Origin: Patescibacteria group bacterium
GTDB lineage: Bacteria; Patescibacteriota; Patescibacteriia; Veblenbacterales; UBA10138
Direction: 5' to 3'
DNA: 64,000 nucleotides
NCBI GenBank assembly: GCA_018817715.1
Contig: JAHITT010000001.1
Coordinates: forward strand, 34,690 to 98,689
Of this stretch, positions 29,693 to 40,472 are shown in pieces; within the stretch, counting starts at the first letter, position 1; every line of letters starts with the position of its first letter. The translations under genes were made by a program, and so were the position numbers. The notes beneath the pieces are model-generated. The model searched no databases. It was given only the letters and a program-made list of their open reading frames with translations, and was not told the DNA's origin.

Positions 29693-31305
29693 AAGCCAAG
29701 TGAACTAAATTGATATAAACTAAAACCAGACCAACCGTCTTTCACTAAAGTTATGGTTAAATTGTATTTTTTTAACTTGTCGGTATTTAAATAAAACAAA
29801 GTGTCCTGAGGCCAAGAGGGATGAAACTGATAAACCGGCCAACCAGCCACCAAAAGATTCTTAATGGCTTGATAATCACTATCACTAACTAAATCCACAA
29901 TAACTTCCCGCTCTGGCCAAAAAAATTTATCAGTTCGACCGCTAACAATAACACTATTAACTGGTGTTAATTCTTGAACCGCCTGACTAACTTTAGCAAA
30001 ATCCTTAATATTTGACCTAATTCTCAGCAAACCTTCCGGTTCAGACCAAACAACTAAATAAGCTGACCAAACTACATAAAAGACCAACCCTAACCAAACT
30101 GCGTATTTTGGCCCTTGACCCTTTTTTAACCAATTAGCCAAAGCTAAACTGGCTGGTATTAAGGCTAAGGCGTAACCGGGCAACCAATAACGAACATAAG
30201 ACGTACCAATAGTTACCGCTTGCGGATCAGGATTATCATTAAACAACCAACTACCATACAAAATTATCAGCCAAACAAACACCAAACCAGTCATAATAAA
30301 AACATTTTTTTGCTGACGGCTAAACATTTTTAAATTTCTGATTAACCACAACCAACCCACTACAGCTAAACTAAACCACCACCATTGCAACCCAATCAAA
30401 TAATTACCAACTGTGCTTAAAATAACTTTAGGGTGCCAACCAAAAGGCAATAGTAACTGCCCTAATAAAGAAACTGTTTGTTGTAAACCAACTGCCTTAA
30501 CTACACTGGCTGTTGGATAAGCTATGGCCAAAGGCTGTCCGTAAATTATTAAGTTAGCCACCACCACCGGACTAAAACCAACCAAACCACCAATTAAAAA
30601 AGCTGTTATAAAACGCCAATCCCATTGCTGACGATAACTATAAAACCACAAACCGCCGACTACCAACAACCAAAATACTTCTGAACTGCGAAAAGTTATA
30701 GCCAAACCAGCCAATAAACCACTTAAACCAGCTCTTACCCAAGACTTTTTTTCTAAGGCCCCAAGACTTAACCACCAAGCCAAAATAAGCAAACTAAAAA
30801 AGGGTCCATTATGAAAAAATGATCGCGACTGATAATACCAACCGGCTGGTAAAAAAGCTAATAAAATCCAACCTACCAAAGCAGTCTGCTGGTTAAACAA
30901 ACGACGTAAGATTAAATACCAAGCCGCTAAACTTACAGCCGCCAATAAAGGCGTTAACCAAGGCAAAATCGCCGGACCAAAAACTTTAGCCAAACCGCCG
31001 GCCATTAGAGGTAAACCCAAAAAACTAACTGGCTGCAATTGCCCGTTAATTACTTTGGTGCTCCGAGGATGAACTATCGGACTTTGAGCAATTTTATTTA
31101 AAGGGCTGTCTATTTTTAAACTTTGTCCCACAGCCAAACGCTTAGCCCAAAAAGCATTAGCGGCCTCGTCTGGTGAATTAAAACGTCCTGGCAAGCCCCA
31201 ACTAAAACTTGAATACAGTAAAAAAATAAGACTACTGGAAATTATTAAGCCAATAATTTCTTTAGTTGATAATTTTTCCTTCAACAAACCAGTCTGAAAA
31301 GGCAT
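29689..31305 (-). CDS. GT-C fold (PMT/ArnT-like) membrane glycosyltransferase
   Basis: SPDE after TM1, many TM helices, late SYVRY motif; start refined using TG-N-TATAAT 6 nt upstream. Confidence 0.75.
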   Translation of the reverse strand: MPFQTGLLKEKLSTKEIIGLIISSSLIFLLYSSFSWGLPGRFNSPDEAANAFWAKRLAVGQSLKIDSPLNKIAQSPIVHPRSTKVINGQLQPVSFLGLPLMAGGLAKVFGPAILPWLTPLLAAVSLAAWYLILRRLFNQQTALVGWILLAFLPAGWYYQSRSFFHNGPFFSLLILAWWLSLGALEKKSWVRAGLSGLLAGLAITFRSSEVFWLLVVGGLWFYSYRQQWDWRFITAFLIGGLVGFSPVVVANLIIYGQPLAIAYPTASVVKAVGLQQTVSLLGQLLLPFGWHPKVILSTVGNYLIGLQWWWFSLAVVGWLWLIRNLKMFSRQQKNVFIMTGLVFVWLIILYGSWLFNDNPDPQAVTIGTSYVRYWLPGYALALIPASLALANWLKKGQGPKYAVWLGLVFYVVWSAYLVVWSEPEGLLRIRSNIKDFAKVSQAVQELTPVNSVIVSGRTDKFFWPEREVIVDLVSDSDYQAIKNLLVAGWPVYQFHPSWPQDTLFYLNTDKLKKYNLTITLVKDGWSGFSLYQFSSLGL

Positions 31306-31440
31306 AAAATTATTATAACAAGACTCTAGCAAACTAGCACGGTTTAACAAAACCACTACCCTAAGCCCCTTAAAACCAAAAACCGGCTTACTTAACTGTT
31401 AAACCGTGATTGTTTTAACCCTAAATGCTACAATAAAACT

Positions 31441-33456
31441 ATGTTAATAAAAAGTTTAGTCAGCCTTTTAGGATTAGGCTTGGCCTTAATCGCTTATTAT
31501 TTAAACTGGCCGCTAATAAACTTATTAGGCGGTTTAATTTATTTGGTGGTTAACGCCTGGTTATGGGGCAATCGTTTAAAAAATGGCACAAATTTAGAAC
31601 GTCTAATTATGGGCGGTTTGGCTATTTTAGCTTTTATTAGTTTAAGCGGTGCTCTGGTTTTTTATATTAATTTGTTTAAACCACTATTCGCTTTGGTCTT
31701 ATTTACTTTACTACCTTGGCTGGGCCAAAACCAACCCCTTAATTTTCAAAATTTAAAAATAAGCTGGTCTAATACTAAAAATAATTGGCTGGTTATTTTT
31801 TATATTATCGCCTTAATAATCGCCGCCGGATTGCTTTGGCAATTCAGAACTGATGAAGCTTGGCGGTCACCTTGGCAAACTATACCAAATTGGTTTTTTT
31901 TAGTTTATTTTTTTCTAGCCGGACTAACTATTTTGATTAACCGGCGCTGTAATGTTTTTTGGCTTATACCCTTTTATTGGCTGAGCCTGTCTTTACTGCC
32001 GATAATTTTTCCCTTGGGTTATGCTTTTGATCCGATCATCCACCAGGCCACAGCCCAACTGTTACAACTTAATCATACTATTTCGCCCAAACCTTTTTAT
32101 TATCTAGGACAATATGGGTTGGAAGTTCTATTGGCTGATTTTTTAAAAATCCACCTTAACCAACTAGATCTTTGGTTAATACCTTTATTAGCCGGCTTAA
32201 CCTGGCCGGCCTTGCTTAATGGTTTTAAAAATCAAATTAAGCTCTCAACTAATTATATTTATTTAGTACCCCTACTTTTAACCTTACCTCTTTTTACTAT
32301 AACTACTCCCCTGGCTCTTAGTTATTTATGGGCTTTATTGGTCATTTTTTTAATATTTCCCAACCAACCAACCACAACTAGCCTATGGCTGGCTAGTTTG
32401 TTCGCCTTAAGCGCTCTGGTAACCCATCCCATAATCGGCTTACCTTTGCTCGGTTTGGTACTTTGGAAAATTTTTAATAATCGTGGCCCAATAATTAAGT
32501 GGCTAGCGATGGCTTGGTTAAGTTTAGCCGTACCGCTATCTTTTATTTTTTTAAATTTTATTAAACCAAATTTATTAAATTTAACTTTAAGTAATCCCTT
32601 AAAAAACTTGAATGAACTTTACGTTACTCTACAACAAAACTTACCCCAAATACCTTATGCTCTTAATATATTGGATACAGTCTACCTATGGGGATTGCCT
32701 TTAAGTTTAACTATGGTGGGCTTGGCACTCCTGGGTTATGGTTTAAATCGTCTAAATAAAACTGACCAACAAGTTTTTATTTGGCCAGTTTTATCTTTAA
32801 CTTTAAGTTATTTAATACTTAAATTATTTTTCCACTTTAACAGCCTGCCAGATAATGAACAAAATTTTTATAACCTCCGCTTGTGGCACTTAGCTTTATT
32901 AACTTTATGGCCACTGGTTTTATTAGGTGCTAATTGGCTACTAAATTTCCTAGTACAAAAAACCTTTAGAACCCTGCCTATGGTTTTAGGTTTAGCTTTA
33001 TTATTAACAGCTAGTTGGTATTTAAATTATCCCCGATTTGATCTTTATCAAAAAGACACTGCTTACCCCACTACCCCTAGAGATGTTAAAGCTGTTAAGT
33101 TGATAAACGACTTAGAAAAAAATAATGACTATGTAGTCTTAAGTAACCAGGCAGTAGCCGCCGCCGCTGTCCAAACCTTTGGTTTTAGCCGTTATTATAA
33201 TGAACACTATTTTTATCCACTACCCACCGGTACCAACCCTTTATATCAAACCTATCTTCAAGCCAGCCAATACAGTCAGCCCGACAGATTAACTATTAAA
33301 TCAGCAGCCGACTTAACCAATCTTAATAAAGTTTATTTAATACTTAATCGCTACTGGGCCAACTTTGACCAATTAAACGAAGTGGCCGCCAAAGAGGCTA
33401 ACGAAACCTGGCTTATTAACAACGGTACGATTGCTATATATTATTACCAGTTTTAA
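31441..33456 (+). CDS. Large multi-pass membrane protein, possibly GT-C-like
   Basis: 671 aa with many TM helices and GYAFDPIIHQA. Confidence 0.65.
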   Translation: MLIKSLVSLLGLGLALIAYYLNWPLINLLGGLIYLVVNAWLWGNRLKNGTNLERLIMGGLAILAFISLSGALVFYINLFKPLFALVLFTLLPWLGQNQPLNFQNLKISWSNTKNNWLVIFYIIALIIAAGLLWQFRTDEAWRSPWQTIPNWFFLVYFFLAGLTILINRRCNVFWLIPFYWLSLSLLPIIFPLGYAFDPIIHQATAQLLQLNHTISPKPFYYLGQYGLEVLLADFLKIHLNQLDLWLIPLLAGLTWPALLNGFKNQIKLSTNYIYLVPLLLTLPLFTITTPLALSYLWALLVIFLIFPNQPTTTSLWLASLFALSALVTHPIIGLPLLGLVLWKIFNNRGPIIKWLAMAWLSLAVPLSFIFLNFIKPNLLNLTLSNPLKNLNELYVTLQQNLPQIPYALNILDTVYLWGLPLSLTMVGLALLGYGLNRLNKTDQQVFIWPVLSLTLSYLILKLFFHFNSLPDNEQNFYNLRLWHLALLTLWPLVLLGANWLLNFLVQKTFRTLPMVLGLALLLTASWYLNYPRFDLYQKDTAYPTTPRDVKAVKLINDLEKNNDYVVLSNQAVAAAAVQTFGFSRYYNEHYFYPLPTGTNPLYQTYLQASQYSQPDRLTIKSAADLTNLNKVYLILNRYWANFDQLNEVAAKEANETWLINNGTIAIYYYQF

Positions 33457-33490
33457 GTTAAAATAATTCATCATTCCAAATTAACTTCTT

Positions 33491-33535
33491 TGCGGGGAAA
33501 AATGTCCACCTGGACACTTTTCCCCGCAGGATGAC
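33491..33535. repeat. GC-rich palindrome ending in GGATGAC (REP-like)
   Basis: TGCGGGGAAAA-A-TGTCCA-CC-TGGACA-C-TTTTCCCCGCA. Confidence 0.6.
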
Positions 33536-33589
33536 AAACTGACTAAAAAAACAAAGGATGGATATTATTAAAATCCATCCGAATATTAA

Positions 33590-33817
33590 TTAATTTATTA
33601 CTATAGTTTGGCCATCCATCTGACCAATTATATAAATTTGTTTTGACTCCTCGTCATAATTAACTTTCATTTCCACTGGCTTAACTTTGCAATTACTAAT
33701 AACTATTTTATAAACACCTCCCTTTTTGATTACAGAAATGGTGCAATCATTTAAGCCATTAACATTCAGTCCTTCAATTTTTAGTTCATTACTTTTTGGC
33801 CAATTTACTTTTGACAT
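33590..33817 (-). CDS. Orphan hypothetical protein (75 aa)
   Basis: GGGAGG SD before ATG at 33817; hairpin plus T-run at about 33545-33580. Confidence 0.6.
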   Translation of the reverse strand: MSKVNWPKSNELKIEGLNVNGLNDCTISVIKKGGVYKIVISNCKVKPVEMKVNYDEESKQIYIIGQMDGQTIVIN

Positions 33818-33941
33818 AAAACCTCCCAAAGTTTTATTTTATTTTTTTAAATAACTATTTTTACCCAAATTGACCTTAAAATAACACAAATTAACCCAAG
33901 GTACAAATCCTTAAGTCTAAAGGGTCTAATTTAAGCTAATT

Positions 33942-35144
33942 TTAAGCCAAATTTCGACTATTTAACAACTGTAGTAAACGCCGAGCATAGTCTTCTAAGC
34001 TTAAAACTTCAGGATTTTGTTTAGCTTTTAAACCAGCTTGATTAACCAAATTTTCCGTTAACAATAGTTTTTCTAAAATAGCCAAAAAACCAAACTCATC
34101 ACCAGGATTAAATAACCAGCCATTAAAATTATGGCGAAGAATTTCCGGCACCCCACCAGTAGCTGTAGCCAAAACCGGCCGGCCCAAAGCCAAAGATTTA
34201 ACAATAACTGTTGGATAATTCTCGCAACATAAAGAAGGCATAATGGTTAAATAAGCTTGGGCCATATAATCATCCACCGTCTGCTGGTTTAAGCCAACAT
34301 TAACCACAAACCTACTATCTTGCCCTATTAACTGGTCTATTTTTTGCCGACTTTTTTTATCAGTCCATAGTATTAAACGCAACCGCCAATCTTTTAAATT
34401 AGAATTTTTTAAAGTATTAATCAGCCAAAAAACTCCCTTATATTCGGCAGCCTGCCCAACATACAACAATTCTTTACCTGTTTGTTGGCCAGCTAGTTGG
34501 TTAACAGCTAAGTTGGGTACTGGGTTGGGCACTACTAATCTAACTGATCTATTAAAAAATCCCCTAGTTTCGTGTTCCCTTAATAACCAAACAGATGGTG
34601 ACACTACAGCCCCAACCGACTTAAAAATCCTCTTGGTAAATCTTTGATAAATTTTTTCCAAAAAATTATCCTGCTTCTTATTCCAAAAAAATAAACCAGA
34701 AGGCTGCAATAACTGAACATCATGCAAAATATGCACATGCCCAAGACCAGCTTGTCGAATAGCCTTAACCGCCCCAAAACCTAAACCCATTAAATTAGAG
34801 CTAATAACCAAATCCGGTTTATAGGACCTAAAATAATTAAGCAAAATAGTTTTAACGCGTGGCGACCATAAATTAACTATTTGCCAAGCTAAACGTAACA
34901 ACCAAGGTTTAGATTGACCATTCAAATAATAATAAAAATTAAAAGGGGTAAATCGATTCACTTTTATACCAGCCTCCTCGTTGGTTTCAAATTTATTCCA
35001 ACCGCGAGCCTTGCCAGGCGCTGTGGTAACTACACTCACCTGATGCCCTAATTTTACCAACTGCCCAGCCAATTGATGAGTTAAATATTCAGCCCCACCT
35101 CGAGTAAACGGCGGATACAAATTGGTTAAAATACTTATTTTCAT
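33942..35144 (-). CDS. Glycosyltransferase family 4
   Basis: YPP...GGAE, PS.CCENYP and GGVPE. Confidence 0.9.
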   Translation of the reverse strand: MKISILTNLYPPFTRGGAEYLTHQLAGQLVKLGHQVSVVTTAPGKARGWNKFETNEEAGIKVNRFTPFNFYYYLNGQSKPWLLRLAWQIVNLWSPRVKTILLNYFRSYKPDLVISSNLMGLGFGAVKAIRQAGLGHVHILHDVQLLQPSGLFFWNKKQDNFLEKIYQRFTKRIFKSVGAVVSPSVWLLREHETRGFFNRSVRLVVPNPVPNLAVNQLAGQQTGKELLYVGQAAEYKGVFWLINTLKNSNLKDWRLRLILWTDKKSRQKIDQLIGQDSRFVVNVGLNQQTVDDYMAQAYLTIMPSLCCENYPTVIVKSLALGRPVLATATGGVPEILRHNFNGWLFNPGDEFGFLAILEKLLLTENLVNQAGLKAKQNPEVLSLEDYARRLLQLLNSRNLA

Positions 35145-36265
35145 AACAGACTTTGATACAATTCATTTAACTTAAGGCTAATTTGACTAGCACTATAATT
35201 TTTTTCTACTAATTTTAAACCATTTAAACCATACTCCTTAGCTAACTTAGGCGCGGCTAATAAACTGTCTAAAGCAAAGGCTAAACTATTGGGTTGCTTA
35301 GCTGGCACTAACAAACCATTAACTCCAGTTTGCACTAAAGACTGTACCCCTGGCAATTTGGAAGCCACCACTGGCTTAGCGCAAGCTAGGGCCTGCAAAG
35401 CCACCAAACCAAAGGATTCTGATTGATTAAGTGAAGGGAAAACTACTATCTCAGCTAAATTATAATAATCAGGCAACTGTTTATCTGATACAAAACCAGT
35501 AAAAATTACCCTATCTTCTAAACTAAGCTCCTTAACCATTTTTTTAAAAAAATCCTGCCGACCACCACCAACAATCAAAATTTTAAAGGCTCTGTTTAAT
35601 TGCTGGGCAGCCTTAAGCAAAATTGGTAACCCCTTAAAATAATGAGCCTTATCCAAAGTGCCCACGAATAAAATTACAGCTTCTGCTTGGTGTATACCCA
35701 AACTGTTTCTTAAATTTATATTAGGTTCTTTAGGCTTAAACTGTTCAGCTGGGGCAAAAGGTAAAATATGCCACTTGGCGGTGGTGACTGAAGGTGGGTT
35801 AACAACCTCGGTTAAATAATCTTTAGTGGAACAAATTAAGGCATCGGCTCTGGTTAATAATTTTTTTTCCCATAATCTGCTATCCTGCTTAAACAACCAA
35901 CCCTTAAAACCTGAAGCTGTGGGCTTCATATGGTAACTGATAACTAACTTGCTGGTTTTAGGTAACCACGGCAAAATTTCCTGCAAACCAAACCAAGGAT
36001 AATGCAAATGAACAATCTCAAAGTTTTTTAACCAATTAAACCAGGTAGGCATAATGGCCGCCTTCCCTACACTTAAAAGTGGTGGCGGGGCTTTAATAGT
36101 TACCGCGGGTAAATTTACAAAAGTTTGATTTTTTTTATAACGCGGGGTAAAAACAGTAACTTGGTAATTAGTCCTTAGCCAAGCAGCATAATCATAAGCT
36201 ACTCGACCAATACCTCCACCATAAGGTGGATACACGCAAGTCAATTGAACTACTGTCGGTTTCAT
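35141..36265 (-). CDS. Glycosyltransferase family 4
   Basis: YPPYGGGI, H.FKG and ESFGLV.LQALA..KPVV; start refined to MKPTVV. Confidence 0.9.
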   Translation of the reverse strand: MKPTVVQLTCVYPPYGGGIGRVAYDYAAWLRTNYQVTVFTPRYKKNQTFVNLPAVTIKAPPPLLSVGKAAIMPTWFNWLKNFEIVHLHYPWFGLQEILPWLPKTSKLVISYHMKPTASGFKGWLFKQDSRLWEKKLLTRADALICSTKDYLTEVVNPPSVTTAKWHILPFAPAEQFKPKEPNINLRNSLGIHQAEAVILFVGTLDKAHYFKGLPILLKAAQQLNRAFKILIVGGGRQDFFKKMVKELSLEDRVIFTGFVSDKQLPDYYNLAEIVVFPSLNQSESFGLVALQALACAKPVVASKLPGVQSLVQTGVNGLLVPAKQPNSLAFALDSLLAAPKLAKEYGLNGLKLVEKNYSASQISLKLNELYQSLL

Positions 36266-36276
36266 AAGTCTATTAT

Positions 36277-37326
36277 TTACCATCTTATTAAAAAATATAC
36301 CACTCGCCACACAGCCGCACTAACTGGATTAAAAATATAAGCTGTTAAAAAATCATTGCCCCCCTGAAAAGCAATCTGACTGGTGGCCTGGGATAAAATT
36401 TGCCGATCGCTTATTATTTTTAATTTTTTAAGCCGGCGCCGACGATTAATTATACCCTCTTGAGCTGGTCGGTTTAAGCAATACCAATAAGCTTTTAATT
36501 TTTGTCGCCACCAACCTTGCCAAAAAGACATAGCCAACAACAAAACTTCACTAAAAAACCAAGGTACAGCCAAAATCATTAAAGTCGGTACCTTAAAATA
36601 ACTAAACCAAACCAACCAGCGATTACGCTCCATATAATAAAACTGCTTTAAGGAGCGATTGGCTTGGTAATGATGAATTATCCGAGCGGTCGGTTCTACT
36701 TTTATCTTCCAACCACTTACTAAAAAGCGTAAAGATAATTCCAAATCTTCGTGGTACATAAATAATTCCTCATCCAACAAACCAACCTGGCACAAAGTAG
36801 CCGTCCGCAACATAACACCGGCCCCGGAAAAATAAGGTATATTTAAATCTTTTTTTAACCAAGGTAATTGCTCATCCGCTTCAATCTTATTTAAACCATT
36901 GCCACCAGCATAAGCCAAACCTAAATAATGGAAACAATTACCCAAAGAATTAACTAAACCGTTAGGCAAATATAAACCAGCCTGAACCGCTCCGATTGAA
37001 ATATCCGCCTGCAAAACCTCAACTAACTTAGCTATGGCCCCAGCCGTTAGAGCAGCATCCTGATTAAGCAATAAAACAGCTTCCCTGCCGTCTTGCAAAG
37101 CTTGTTCAAGACCTAAATTATTGCCAGCGGCAAAACCTAAATTCACGGGCGATTGAATTAGCTTAACTAAAGGGTAAGATTGCTTAATACTATCAACCGT
37201 ACCGTCTGTGGAAGCATTATCCACTACATAAACGGGCACCCCGGGCGCGTAACTAAAACAAGAAGCCAAACTAATGTCCAGCCACTTTTTTGCCTGATAA
37301 GTAACTATTACAATACCAACCTTCAT
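36277..37326 (-). CDS. Glycosyltransferase family 2
   Basis: VVDNASTDG, NLGFAAGNN, LLNQD and FMYHED. Confidence 0.92.
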   Translation of the reverse strand: MKVGIVIVTYQAKKWLDISLASCFSYAPGVPVYVVDNASTDGTVDSIKQSYPLVKLIQSPVNLGFAAGNNLGLEQALQDGREAVLLLNQDAALTAGAIAKLVEVLQADISIGAVQAGLYLPNGLVNSLGNCFHYLGLAYAGGNGLNKIEADEQLPWLKKDLNIPYFSGAGVMLRTATLCQVGLLDEELFMYHEDLELSLRFLVSGWKIKVEPTARIIHHYQANRSLKQFYYMERNRWLVWFSYFKVPTLMILAVPWFFSEVLLLAMSFWQGWWRQKLKAYWYCLNRPAQEGIINRRRRLKKLKIISDRQILSQATSQIAFQGGNDFLTAYIFNPVSAAVWRVVYFLIRW

Positions 37327-37345
37327 AAAAATTATCTAAACTTAA

Positions 37346-37699
37346 TTAACCATCAACCTCTTCTGTTTCCTTGGCTGAAGTTTTGGGTTTAGCTAAAGAA
37401 CGGACAATTATTGTTAACTGCTGTTCAATTTTTTCTAAGCGCACCACCATTTTAAACACCAAATAAAATAAAATCAGCACAGCCAAATAAACCACCAAAT
37501 CGCTACCCCGACCAACACCCACCCACAAAGCCAAATAAGAAGCGGTTTGCGGTAAAGCTATCACCAACAAAGCGGCCAGCCACAGCAACAGCCAAGCACT
37601 AAACTCCCCTTTGCCAATATCACGATTGCTAAACCTTATGTACAAACGGCGAATAGCCAACAACACCAACAATAATAATATAATTTGTATTAAAGTCAT
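37346..37699 (-). CDS. DUF2304-like membrane protein
   Basis: GVGRGSD motif; adjacent to a DPM1-like GT2. Confidence 0.8.
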   Translation of the reverse strand: MTLIQIILLLLVLLAIRRLYIRFSNRDIGKGEFSAWLLLWLAALLVIALPQTASYLALWVGVGRGSDLVVYLAVLILFYLVFKMVVRLEKIEQQLTIIVRSLAKPKTSAKETEEVDG

Positions 37700-37702
37700 A
37701 AT

Positions 37703-38377
37703 TTAACGAAGTAATTTACCTAACAATAAATCTTTAACTATGCGTACAGCCGGCCAACGACCTTGCTTACTATTTTGTTTACTATAATCGGTGTAACGTA
37801 CGGTTACCGGCGCTTCCACAAAATTTAATTTTAATCTTTTTATTTCATCTATCAACTCCGAACTAAAAGCCATCCTGTCCTGCCGTAAAATCATTAATTG
37901 CCAAGCAGTCGCCCTAAACAATCTTAAGCCGTTATGAGCGTCGCTTAATTTAACACCAGACACCACCCAGGTAAAAATTATGGCCACTTTTAAAGTTAAA
38001 CGCCTTAACCAAGGTAAGCCAATTACCCGACCCTTAAACCTAGAACCCAAGACTACCTGATTGTCATCTTTAACCAAATACTCAACCAACCTCGGTATAT
38101 CTTGGGGATCAAACTGCCCGTCGGCATCAAAATGCAACACGGCCCAAGCCCCTTGTTCAATAGCCCAATTAGAACCGGTAATCAAAGCTGCGCCATAGCC
38201 TCGGTTAACTACGTGTTGTAAAACAACAGCGCCGGCCGACTTGGCCAAGGTAGCAGTCTGATCACTAGAACCGTCATCCACCACAATTACTTTGTTAGCA
38301 TAAGGCTTAACAGTCGCCACGACAGCTGCAATAGATGGCTCTTCATTATAAGCTGGAATTACTATGTCTGGTTTCAT
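37703..38377 (-). CDS. DPM1-like GT2 polyprenyl-phosphate glycosyltransferase
   Basis: IPAYNEE, VDDGSSD, NRGYG, FDADGQ and GSRF. Confidence 0.9.
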   Translation of the reverse strand: MKPDIVIPAYNEEPSIAAVVATVKPYANKVIVVDDGSSDQTATLAKSAGAVVLQHVVNRGYGAALITGSNWAIEQGAWAVLHFDADGQFDPQDIPRLVEYLVKDDNQVVLGSRFKGRVIGLPWLRRLTLKVAIIFTWVVSGVKLSDAHNGLRLFRATAWQLMILRQDRMAFSSELIDEIKRLKLNFVEAPVTVRYTDYSKQNSKQGRWPAVRIVKDLLLGKLLR

Positions 38378-39300
38378 TTTTTAATAGATGATTTTTTAAA
38401 CCACAACAAAGTACGTCTTAAACCTTCAGTTAAGGGCACTTCGGCACGCCAACTTAATTGACGGCGGGCTTTGTCAGCTTTTAAACAACTTTTTGGTACA
38501 TCGCCTAAGCGTGGCGGCACATACTTAACTTTAGGCACTACCGCCAACACTTCGCCTAAAGCCTGAAGTAACTGCAATAAACTGGTCTCGCGCCCCGTTG
38601 ATAAATTATAAACACCTTGACCGTGCAACATAGCCTGGCTTAACCCTTTGGCCACGTCGACCACATAAATAAAATCTCTAGTCTGAAAACCCCTACCTTG
38701 TATGTTCAAATCCTGACCTTTTAATAAGCTTTCAGAAAAAATTGCCACTACCCCGCCTTCACCTAAAGCTTTTTGTCTGGGCCCATAAACATTAGATAGC
38801 CTAGTCACCACTGTCGGCCAACCCAAATCAGTTTTAAAATAATGCAAAAAATTTTCCACTGACAATTTACTGAAAGAATAAGGATTAAGCGGCTGCATCT
38901 TGACTAATTCATCAGTTGGTAAATCCTCGTTATCACCATACACACCAGCTGTAGAAACAAACAAAAATTTTTTAAGTTTTAAACCCTGACAAGCTTTTAT
39001 AAGATTAAGTGTTCCACTGATATTTATACTGGCATCTAAAGCTGGATCAACGATTGATTTAGGCGCACTAACTTGAGCCGCCAAATGACAAACATAATCC
39101 GGTTTTATTTTTTTTAACAAAACTATCAACTTAGGCGATCGAATATCCATTTTTTTAAAAACCGCCGCCTTAGGCAAATTCTTTTTTTGACCGCTGGATA
39201 AATCATCCACCACTATTACTTCAAACTTATTCCTAATAAGTTCTTCTGCCAAATGACTGCCAATAAACCCAGCACCGCCGGTGACTAAAACTTTAAGCAT
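38374..39300 (-). CDS. NAD-dependent epimerase (UDP-glucose 4-epimerase-like)
   Basis: TGGAGFIG, HLAAQ, YSFSK, NVYGP and TRDFIYV.DV. Confidence 0.9.
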   Translation of the reverse strand: MLKVLVTGGAGFIGSHLAEELIRNKFEVIVVDDLSSGQKKNLPKAAVFKKMDIRSPKLIVLLKKIKPDYVCHLAAQVSAPKSIVDPALDASINISGTLNLIKACQGLKLKKFLFVSTAGVYGDNEDLPTDELVKMQPLNPYSFSKLSVENFLHYFKTDLGWPTVVTRLSNVYGPRQKALGEGGVVAIFSESLLKGQDLNIQGRGFQTRDFIYVVDVAKGLSQAMLHGQGVYNLSTGRETSLLQLLQALGEVLAVVPKVKYVPPRLGDVPKSCLKADKARRQLSWRAEVPLTEGLRRTLLWFKKSSIKK

Positions 39301-40470
39301 TTATTTTTTTCCTTGGGGTAAATATTTTTTTAAAACCGCCACCTTATCTAACTTTTCCCAGGTAAACTTACTGCCCGGCTGACCAAAGTGCCCATAAACA
39401 GCTGTTTTTAAAAAAATCGGCTGACGTAATTTTAATTTATCCATAATAACTTGTGGCTCCAAAGGAAAATGTTTTTTAACAATAATGGCTAATCGGTTAT
39501 CGGGTAAAGCTGAAGTGCCAAAACTATTTACCACCACGCTTAAAGGCTTGGCCCGGCCGATTACATAAGATAATTGAACTTCACATTCTTCCGCCAAACC
39601 GGCTGCTACCAAATTTTTGGCCGCGTACCGAGCCGCATAAGCTCCGGTTCGGTCCATCTTAGTGGCATCCTTACCGGAAAAACAACCACCGCCATGTTTG
39701 GCATAACCACCGTAAGTATCAACAATTATTTTTCTTCCGGTTAAACCCGTATCAGCCTGCGGACCACCAGTTACAAACCGACCCGTGGCATTTATATAAA
39801 CTTTAGTATTATTTTTTAAAAAACGTCCGGCCACTGGTTTAATTACTTTAGCTAAAATATCTTTTTTTAAACGTTTTAAACTCACCCGATCATCATGTTG
39901 GGCCGCCACCACCACATTAACCAAACCAACCGGCTGACCATTACGATATTCAACTGTCACAGCTGTTTTACCGTCGGGTCGTAAATAAGGCAGTGTTTTA
40001 TTGTGTCTAACTTTAGCCAATTGTTCAGCCAAACGATGGGCCAACCAAATTGGCAAGGGTAAATATTCTTTAGTTTCTCGATTAGCATAACCAAACATTA
40101 TTCCCTGATCACCAGCTCCTAAAACTTTAAGGTTTTTATTTACCACCCCCCGGGCAATATCGGCGCTTTGTTCGTGCAAAGAAACCAACACTCCAATATC
40201 CTCGGCCGCCGCGCCAAATGATGGATCGGTATAACCAACCTTACGCAAAACTGATCGAACAATTTTTTGTACATCAGCAAAACCTGTAGTGCTAACCTCA
40301 CCAGCCACTAATACCAAACCGGCCGTCACGCAGGTTTCCACCGCCACCCGCGCTAAAGGATCTTGCCTTAACAATTCATCCAAAACTGCGTCAGAAATCT
40401 GGTCACACAGTTTATCCGGATGACCTTCCGTAACCGATTCTGAAGTAAAATATTTTATGTTATCGGCCAT
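39301..40470 (-). CDS. metK: S-adenosylmethionine synthase
   Basis: FTSESVTEGHPDK, GAGDQG, GLTGRKIIVDTYGG and HGGG.FSGKD. Confidence 0.98.
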   Translation of the reverse strand: MADNIKYFTSESVTEGHPDKLCDQISDAVLDELLRQDPLARVAVETCVTAGLVLVAGEVSTTGFADVQKIVRSVLRKVGYTDPSFGAAAEDIGVLVSLHEQSADIARGVVNKNLKVLGAGDQGIMFGYANRETKEYLPLPIWLAHRLAEQLAKVRHNKTLPYLRPDGKTAVTVEYRNGQPVGLVNVVVAAQHDDRVSLKRLKKDILAKVIKPVAGRFLKNNTKVYINATGRFVTGGPQADTGLTGRKIIVDTYGGYAKHGGGCFSGKDATKMDRTGAYAARYAAKNLVAAGLAEECEVQLSYVIGRAKPLSVVVNSFGTSALPDNRLAIIVKKHFPLEPQVIMDKLKLRQPIFLKTAVYGHFGQPGSKFTWEKLDKVAVLKKYLPQGKK

Positions 40471-40472
40471 AT